This document shows, piece by piece, positions 55,114 to 64,000 of a stretch of DNA of 64,000 nt. Source of the DNA: Trichoplax sp. H2 (Eukaryota); assembly GCA_003344405.1 (NCBI GenBank), contig NOWV01000003.1, positions 868,001-932,000 on the forward strand, given 5' to 3'. Under the pieces are notes generated by a model, which saw only the letters and a list, made by a program, of their open reading frames with translations, made no database searches and was not told the DNA's origin. Position 1 is the first letter of the stretch; every line of letters starts with the position of its first letter. The translations under genes and the position numbers were made by a program.

Positions 55114-56552
55114 TCTTGAATCGTTATTTATGTACTTGTACTATAAAAATGACAACAACTTTTCAATCTATTACTGCTTTAAATAGCCTAGAGAGAGGTC
55201 TTTAATATCCAAATGTACACATGTACACTTGTTCAGTAGACCTTACGAGTAGTACTGCACAAGTTTCAATATACAGTACGTATCTTACTGTATGCACTGT
55301 ACTGTACAAATAGTATACCGTACTGTACTGTACTGTACTGTTACAAGATCAATGTACACTGTATAGTACCGTTCATGCAGCAAGCTGGAATGGCAATCGC
55401 TGTGATGCCTCCAGAAAGATACAGTAAAATTTGAGAAGAAAATTAGTATGTAGGTAAGTGATACTTTTTGGTGGTAAATCTACAGCTAATACTAAGTGAA
55501 CCTGCAAGGCACCAGACAAAGTATGGCAATAATTGCAAGCTTTCTCGGATGCCAGAAGTATGATATTGTATATGAAAGTCTTGGCTCACTTTGCTAAAAA
55601 GAACATTTACCGTAATTGTAGTACGTTCAGGTATACTTGCATACTGAGTAGTACGCGTATATGTCAAATTTTGATGATATCTATATTAATTTATACATGT
55701 AATACAGTATTTTATTCGAGCCTACATAACAATTGAACATATACGTATACTGAATAATTAATTAATTAATTTGATTTTAAACTGATTTTAACGACCTTGT
55801 ACGCGTATTAGCAATCTGTTAAGATATACAGTAATTCGAATATATAATATTGCCATATATGAGGTAATGCATATGGTTGACACAAATTTACGGTTATGCA
55901 TCAAAAAAAGGATGATGGAACCTTTGTTACACGCAATGAAGTTTACACAGAAGATATTACTCTTTAAATATCGATAAATTGCATGCATAACTTACGACAC
56001 TTGCTAAAATCAACTAACCAAAATAAATTGTGTATACAGCGTCATATTCTATTGATATTACTTTAATTATTCAAGAGTGACGCAAGAAATATGCAATTGC
56101 AATTCTTATACATGTTTTGTATTAACAATTCTCTACTTGCATTTTATAGTCCCAGTATCCTTAGAAATTTTTATATACGCTCGTATATTATACAGTGAAT
56201 ACAATTGAACCGTTACCACAGTAAAGGAAATTAATAAAATAATTGCGGTTGCTGAAGTCTGCGAATATAAGAATAGCAAATATCTCGGCAAGTAATTACT
56301 AAATTGACAACAGAATTTAACCGTCAGCAGAGCGAAGGGTAGTAGATCAGTAATTATAATTACAGTAAGTATATACACCAGAGTTAGCATATTCTTATCC
56401 AGATCACAGAGGTAGCTGATTAAACTTGACAAATTTGCAGTATCGAAATGATTAAATTAGATTAATCCAGATCATAAAATCTTCAATAAATGGATTGTTT
56501 AAATTTATTTTGGGATCTACATAAAAATGCAAACTTAATAGTACACATATTT

Positions 56553-58637
56553 CTATGGAAGCGTCGAGCTCAGTCTGTTCGCAACTGTTAGAAACATACA
56601 AAAACTGAATAGTTTACATTAAAGCTAATTATTAGGTTAGATAACAAAGATACTTGGCTTTACAAAAACAATTTTTTTATCATTACATTATCAATTATAA
56701 GTAGGCAAAATGACTCAGTAATAGACGATAATTACGATACATCACCTGATAAAATTTCACATACTGACAGATTTGCTTTCAATTCAGCAATAACCAATTC
56801 TTCATCCTTTACACTCATCATATTTCTAATGTCTAACTCTTCTAACAGCCTGAGCAAAAAGGAAGATAGAAGATATATTCTCACGTTAACTAATATTGTA
56901 ACGCATACTTTATGACTCAATGATGTCACTATACGACGTGCAGTAGCACCTTTACAATTAGAGAGTTTTGGTAAAATTTGTCCTCGATATTACATTTTCT
57001 ACGTAAGCATTAATGTAATGACTAGAATTTTATCAATAATCTAATCGTTTACGTCTTACTTTAATTCACGAAGGCTTAAAAGTCCGGCATTCGTGACAGA
57101 GCTGCAACCATTTAAATTTAACTTAATCAAAGATTCCTGTAGGCTACTGATATGATGCATTCCAATATCGGTTACGTTATGACATCTGCATAGGTTTATC
57201 GATTTCAGATATTTAAGAAATGTAACATGTCTTAATCCTTCGTCAGTAATAGTAGTTTCATTAAGATCGATATGTTCGAGCATGAAAGAAGCACGAGGAC
57301 CATCACTCAGGCTATTATAGTCACTAAGCCACTTTTTATTTGCAAATTTTACAGACCCACCACAGCGTAAAACCCATTCCGCTGCAACTCTTCAAAATCA
57401 TTAGTGAAATTGTTAGAAAATATGGCCGATGGATGATAATCAAACCATCCAATATGAATACAACGGTACAATATCATATAGTATTCTGATGGCCTCATGC
57501 CCACAGTATCTTGCAGTTAAGGTTAGTCAAGATAGCACATGCTATGGCATAGTACAGTACGAGTCTACATTCGTATATATACAACGAACGATAATTAAGG
57601 AAACACAGCGTTCTTCTTAAAATCTGGCGCAATAAATACTTCTGAACTTTGTAATACTCACAGATAACAGTTAAAAGTACAGTACATATGCTTATATAAC
57701 TAGGTTATCAAAGACTTTTGTGTAAGTAATACGTTTGTAATGCATGTCAGAATTGTTCTTACCGATCTGGTCCAACGTCTTTTATTCTATTCTCGTCGAC
57801 TCTAGTTGTACAATATAACAATTTTCAGTTACTCAATATTCAATATTGGTTACATTTCAGGGTATCATCAGTCAATGCGTATAGTATTCCTAATGCCAGT
57901 TTTACCCAAGTATGGTTATACTATTCCCCAAGTACCATATTACTGCTTACAGTTACGCCAACCGCCAAATACTGTTTGAAAATACTGAATACTACCGCAA
58001 GTGTACTGTACAGTATACAAAGACATACACGAAGCAATTCAGACTTGCAAATTGATAATAAAGTTAGAGTACCATAATTCAGAAATGTATTTTCATACCT
58101 GTTGAAAACGTAATTCAGCCAAGAATAAAACAGGCGATGAGAAATAGCAGATTGTAATTTGCCAGTCAAATGCTGTCATGTCAGAATTGATATACGCGTA
58201 GTTAGAGATACGGCATATGTAGTCATTTCACAGCAACACCATATACCGTTTGTACGTATTATACACTATTTACTTGATATTCCTATTTCAATTCGAATTG
58301 ATACCACTATGCCAACATTTATTGTGTGACTTGAGCGGTAGTAGTAGAATGATGTAAAGTAACAATCGTGAATTTAAATGATTCGTACATGATTCAAATT
58401 GCTAATGTGATAATTAGATCATTTTTAGTTAGCTACGTTTGCCCTAAGTTTAGAAGCAACGAAACTTAAACTGGTATAGTTAGTTATAGCAGTAGTGGAA
58501 CCGACTTGTTTCATAAAAATAGAACTCATTTCATAACTAATACTTGTCATACATTAGAAGTAGATGTATAAGCGTACCTTGGTGGCTGTATGGCTTCTTG
58601 ATGCAGATAAAGTAATTAACTTTGGATAGGCGAACAT
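56553..58637 (-). CDS. DMAC2L: ATP synthase subunit s / coupling factor B (LRR protein); 3' end either 56732 or 56553
   Basis: FYSWLNYVFNR VDENRIKDVGPDR VAAEWVLRCGG...DYNSL matches ATP5S (FWGWLNAVFNKVDYDRIRDVGPDRAASEWLLRCGA). LRR-like repeats follow, and the first exon resembles a presequence. Confidence 0.9.
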
Positions 58638-58829
58638 TTTCTCGTAGTGCAGCCCTCGACGTGCATAAGGTAAACCGATCTCTCTCGTACCTTTTTGACG
58701 GCTATAACCACTTTAAACTATAGATTGATTTCTCTCGTTGTAGGGCTTAAAAACGGATTGCCTGAGCAAATCTAGCATTTAATAATATTACTATTTATTA
58801 TTATTATTATCATTGCTAACGATTCTATT

Positions 58830-59610
58830 CTATACTGTATACTGTATACTGTCTACTTTACTGTACCGTACGGTACAGTACTATGATAAGTTTAAATACA
58901 GTAATAGTAATTAATTAAGGGATTAATTAATTAATTATACTGTACAGTACAGTGTACTGTGCGCTACAGTATAATATTGTACCCAGTACTGTACTGTACA
59001 CTCACTCAGTCGGTGTCAGTGAATGGATTTTGACAAATTTAACAGCCCGAACCGATGTTAGTTCTAGTAGTTTGTGACACTGTGACACTGCACATTGCAC
59101 AACACTGCAGGCAGCATCGGCAAATGAATTAAGGACCCGGATACAGACTCCAACTAAGTTGACCGAGATAGCATGTACTGTAGTAGCCCATACAGTACAG
59201 TACTGTACAGTACAGTACAGTAGGTGCTATGCTGTACGCTGTACTACAGACTTAGTGTACAGTAGAGTAGTAAAAGTGCACAGCGAGATAAAATAAAAGA
59301 TACAGAGTTCGTACTACCGTACAGCACAGTAGTTAGTACTGTAGCGTATAGTACTACTACTGTGAGAGTGTGAGTACCCTGCGGTAGGCTGAAGCTCTTG
59401 CAGCTGCCATGGAGTCAGCAGGTAGCAGTATGGAGAGAGGCTCTTTTACTACTATAGTACAGGGTACTGTACAGTACAGCTGGTAGCAATACTGTACAGT
59501 ATGGAGAGAGGCTCTTTTACTAGTACTGTGTACTGTAGACTACAGTCCACGGTTCAGCGTACTGTACAGTATGTACTGTACACTAGTACGGTCCAGTACT
59601 GGACAGTGAC
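58830..59610. repeat. (CAGTA/TACTG)n-rich divergent promoter region containing a 26-bp direct repeat
   Basis: Dense TACAGTACTGTA motifs; CAGTATGGAGAGAGGCTCTTTTACTA occurs at 59426-59451 and 59497-59522. Confidence 0.8.
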
Positions 59611-59669
59611 ATGCTTTTTTAACTGGCAACACTGAGAAAGCAAAGCCACAAGCACATACGAGAAGCAGC

Positions 59670-62600
59670 ATGATGGCATCAGAATTAGAGCAAAAAGCAA
59701 GCGTCTTAAGGGAAAGGATTAAATCCGTCGATGAAAATATAAAAAAACTAACTGGTAGAGACCCATCTGAAATGAGGTATTATTACAATATTGTTTCACT
59801 GCAGTGTTAAAAGATTACAACTTGCAAATCAATTTACAGCATGTCGTCTTAATGTCAAAGAATCCATGACTACCACTCATTACAGTAGACTACAGCGCTA
59901 TTTCCAACTCCTGAAGATTTTTATTTACCCGACGTCAGTTGAATATTCCGCGAAATAGTTTCCATGTCAATAAGATATAGATTAATTCTGCTTTTTCTGT
60001 AAACAAGCATGCTCTGAATTAGGATAACATGAAACGGATCAATTTGGGTAATTTGTCGTACAGTACATTATTAATATGTTCAAATCTAAAGCTTCCTTTT
60101 CGCTGGGCAATGGGATGCTACTTCTTGTACTTTTCAACTGGCCGCTGTACTGTACTATTGCTTTTACGTCTGTAATAACGTAACCATCCTGTAATTGACT
60201 TTTGAAGAAATCGATAAGGAAAATGAACGATGCAATACACTCATGCTGTATTCATTAGGAAATTTAGTTTTTATTCTACTGTACTGCAATTATCCCTGAT
60301 TATAGTGATATTGCATGTACTTTTCAGCTTGACTAAACGTGGACTTCTACAACCTACTTTGTCTTTTGGTTTCATATTAAGCTTCGTCGCTCACCAACCT
60401 GCCTAGGATAGAAAATTGATCCCAATTAGTATAGTGATTAGAAAATAAATTTTTTCTCTGCAAGTTAAACACGGTGGCGGTAGGTACTATAACATATCCG
60501 CCATTGTTAACTTAATAAGTACGATATACAGTATACTGTACTAGGCAAGAATCGAACTAGTTTTTCTTCGATACTATTTCATAGCCAATATTATAATTGA
60601 TGGAAAGATAATAGATGGTCAAGTTCCGTCACTATGATACTTCACTTCTAAAACAGAGAAACATGTATACCAGAATAGTAATAATACTCTATAACTTACG
60701 GATCTCAACTGTCTTTACTTCTGTAGGCAATTTCAACGACGAGGTATGCAGCGAGGAGATAATCGCAAACGGAGTTTCGCAGAGAGGTAATAATATTGCC
60801 AGTATATACGTACACCGATTGCGCCTTTAGAGTCACACAAATCTTCTCTAGCTAGCCTTATTGAATCTGTAACGTCCGCTTCATAAGTATTGCAATGTAT
60901 TAGACGACACACACATGTACCGTATATCTGTTAGGCTACTATGCTAATGTACTGTACGTAAAGTTCTCAAATCGGGCTCGCATACTCTAGTTTGACTTTT
61001 CTATTGCTTTACAGTCCTTGAGATGTACGGTAAACAAGCAGTAAGATCATACAATGGCGGTAGCTGCTGAATCTCTAGAAAGATGCTAGTTTCAGCGTCT
61101 ACTGAGATAGATGGCATGCAACGTGCCTCGATCCTTGTAATGTGTTTATGATCTACTAGTAGAGTATCACGGTACTAGAGTATGCAAAAATACAATAATA
61201 GTAATAAAAAATAGCTATGTTTAAAATCAACTTACCTTGCGTTATCTTGCGCATTTTTATAGCGATGCCAGTAACAAATATCGTCGTGCGGATAACAGGT
61301 TTGAAAAGAAGTTATATTCAACACTAGCTATTAAAAACTATTGCAGCAAATAAATTTTCGTAAACCTCCATGAAATTTTTGGATATTTTTACCCATCGAT
61401 CTTTAAAACTTGTTATACATTGCTATATTTCGTTCAGCGGAGGTCGACGGTCTTCCTACAGACGAAGAGGCGAAGGATCATCGGATAGTGAAGCAGACGA
61501 GGATGAAGATGATGAGGAAGATAAAGTATTGCATCATTTTATATCTCATTCATATCGAGGATATAAATTAAATAAAGTAGATATGTGACTTTGGAATTGC
61601 AGCATAATATTAACTTGATTAATCAGTTCATAGATTCTTATCCGGATTAATTTAACTCTATTATCCGATATTAATATAAAGTTAATAAATAATAATAATA
61701 AATTAGGAGATTAAAGTATTATTTTTTCTCAATTGTTATCAGCCCATGATTCAATCGTCTGTTGTGGTAACAGAACAAAAAGTTTCGCGTCTGCAGAGAG
61801 ATTCCGAATTAAAGGATGAAAAAAGTAAAGCAAGGTGAAAGGACATTCGCATTGATAGGATGTGAACATAAATGAAAACTACTATTTCTGAGCTCTTAAC
61901 CTTTTATTATAATGAATGTGGCATGTATTTAGGAATCGTCGCATGTTCGGTGCTCTACTAATGGGAACGCTACAGAAATTTAAAAATGAGTCCCAAGAAC
62001 GCTCTGAAAAGGTGTTCTATCTTATCAAAGCACTAATACGAATTGCAGGAAAATTTTCAATCAAAGCATTTCCTTACTATTTCTATTTTCTTGTTATTAC
62101 TCTCTAGGAGATCAAAAGAGCAATCATTGAGGAGAAGTTAGAAACTGCTCAAAGAGAAGAAAAAGAAAAAATAACAGCAGAACGACGCGAATTGTACAGT
62201 AAAAGAAGAAGTGAACAAGCCGAGTTGAGAGATATTGAAAGGAAACTAGAAAGGATTGAAATGGTTAGTCTTTTTCATCATATTTTAAGAAACAGCTTTC
62301 ACTTACAAATGTCCTTATTACTAATATTTGGCAGGAAAAGAGAATGCAAGATTATTACAATGATTTAGGTATATTTATCAAAACTAAAACTTCTCCGCAG
62401 TTATTTTATCTTCCTGCTGAGCATAACGATAAAACCCGAGAACTATTAGAAAGTTCGAACAAAGAAATACAAGGTATTTTCTGTATTGCAAGAAGTATTT
62501 CAACTACGAATGTCATTCCTTAACTTTGTATAAATTACTTGTGAACAGAACTGCATTCTAGTCGCCTCAAAGAACTAGAAGATCACGAGGCAAACATTCA

Positions 62601-62829
62601 AAAATTGATTGCAGAACGTCGTAGACGTAACGCCGAAGGAGCAGCTATGGATGTTGCTGAAGAAAAACATTTGCAGGAGGATATAGATGACAAAACGAAA
62701 ACTATGGACGAAAATAACGATGGAAATGATAATTCTATGGACGTAGAAAAAGCTAACGAAGTCACTGAAGATAGAGAGGACGCAAATACGGAAGAAAAGG
62801 ATGACGACGTGGAAATGAATGAGGTATAA
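59670..62829 (+). CDS. PNN: Pinin (pinin/SDK/MemA family), multi-exon
   Basis: IKSVDENIKKLTGRDP, QSSVV, KARNRRMFGALLMGTLQKFKNE and FIKTKTSPQLFYLPAEH; acidic tail ending at TAA 62827-62829. Confidence 0.94.
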
Positions 62830-64000
62830 AATTAGTCAGGTTGTATTATAAGGTAATTTTGGACATTTGTATTGATATTATTGGTGTAGCAGGTCAATTG
62901 GTGTCTAATTTTAAGTTATATCCGAACAATCGTTTTACCTTTCGTGGGTAATGTTGTTATACACTTAATGATGCGTAAATTCCATCAGCTGCTGTTCTAC
63001 AAATTTATGATGTGGATTATAACTCTTTCTACTCGGAACATTTTTATCTGGTGTTGTGTACTGTACGTTCTAAGTTCGATATGATGTTATGAGATGATAA
63101 GTCGATTCATATATTAGAGTAGTATACACTCTTGATGGCATTTTGTCATTGTAAATTGAAAAGAAATATATTGCATTATGGATATCAAATAAATGCATTA
63201 TAGAATGATTATTTAGAAAATGATCCACTTAAGTAATTTATGAACTATCATATACTGTAGTAATCGAAATAAGCTAAGAGCGTTGATGTAGTGTTTGATA
63301 GCTGGATACGTTATCTGCTCGTAGTTTTGGTGATTTTGAGCACACTGCCCCAATTTTTATATCTGGTCACTAACGACGCAATTAGACTAAGTTAATCGTC
63401 CCGTGCAGTTATGAGAAATTCTTATTGGAATATAATACAGCACTTAAACATGATTACGGGAAATTATAACAATTAGAAGATCATAAAATCACTAACTATC
63501 ACATGTGAAATAAATTTTTACATGCATACGAGCCTACTTATTAAGATGGATCAGTTGTTGTCTGTATATACATATATATATATACTGTATATACCTGTGA
63601 TTTTAAAGGACGGGAATTGTAAAATATCAATTTGTACATAGCTACAAATTGTGTTAATACAATTACGTATCTTCACGTATGCATTGGTATCATTGCTTGA
63701 ATCTTTTTCACGTACATCTGTAGTGCTCTTGCGATCGACTCCTACAGTATTTTGCATTACAGTTAACTTCAGTATACCATAGATCAAAAAGACACAATCC
63801 ACAGAAATAAATGTATACATGTATACTATAGCTGCAACGAGATGCTATTTTTATGGCAATAGACTTAATACAAAAATTTTAACTACTCTCTAGTGTCGCA
63901 TTTTTTCTCTTTCAGTCAAACCAAAGAATATAAAACTTTATTAGATACTAATTATCATATGGTATCATATTTCTATTTACATACGCGCAAAATGTTATAC

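Noticed and set aside
60465..60510. Imperfect hairpin in PNN intron 1 (GGTGGCGG...CCGCCATT)
   Set aside because: The stem is short and imperfect, with no RNA-family motif; it could be chance.
419..63820. Most short ORF-track entries (e.g. 5890-6189, 34978-35284, 41597-41869, 56133-56432)
   Set aside because: They are antisense shadows of exons, intron read-through, or Y/C/T/V-rich translations of CAGTA repeats, with no recognisable motifs.
63390..63820. Possible 3' exons of a minus-strand gene entering from the right edge
   Set aside because: Splice-like sites exist, but the peptide is unrecognisable and there is too little context in the window.

Overview
AT-rich, gene-dense eukaryotic (animal) DNA with many short GT-AG introns. 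Composition, intron size and gene content fit an early-branching metazoan such as a placozoan (Trichoplax-like); that is an inference. I assembled exons by eye and recognised proteins from remembered family motifs; no searches were run. Thirteen spliced genes, in order: KNTC1/Rod (-, 5' part only), sororin/CDCA5-like (+), pyruvate carboxylase (+), AQR (-), AHSA1 (-), COX7A-like (+), PSMD11 (-), TRAPPC6 (+), a divergent bZIP gene (+), Churchill/CHURC1 (+), TRMT6 (-), DMAC2L/ATP5S (-) and pinin (+). Sororin, COX7A, Churchill and the bZIP basic region are largely invisible in the ORF track. The most notable points are: (1) a 165-aa sororin with an FGF motif and a D-box but no KEN box, head-to-head with Rod around an E2F site; (2) a bZIP with an atypical basic region; (3) (CAGTA/TACTG)n arrays at most promoters; (4) four head-to-head gene pairs; (5) linkage shared with human 14q/11q13/19q13/2p; (6) several tiny inverted-repeat insertions with apparent target-site duplications. 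I see no prokaryotic-type system, CRISPR array or clearly new multi-gene system. Internal exon boundaries are approximate unless listed.
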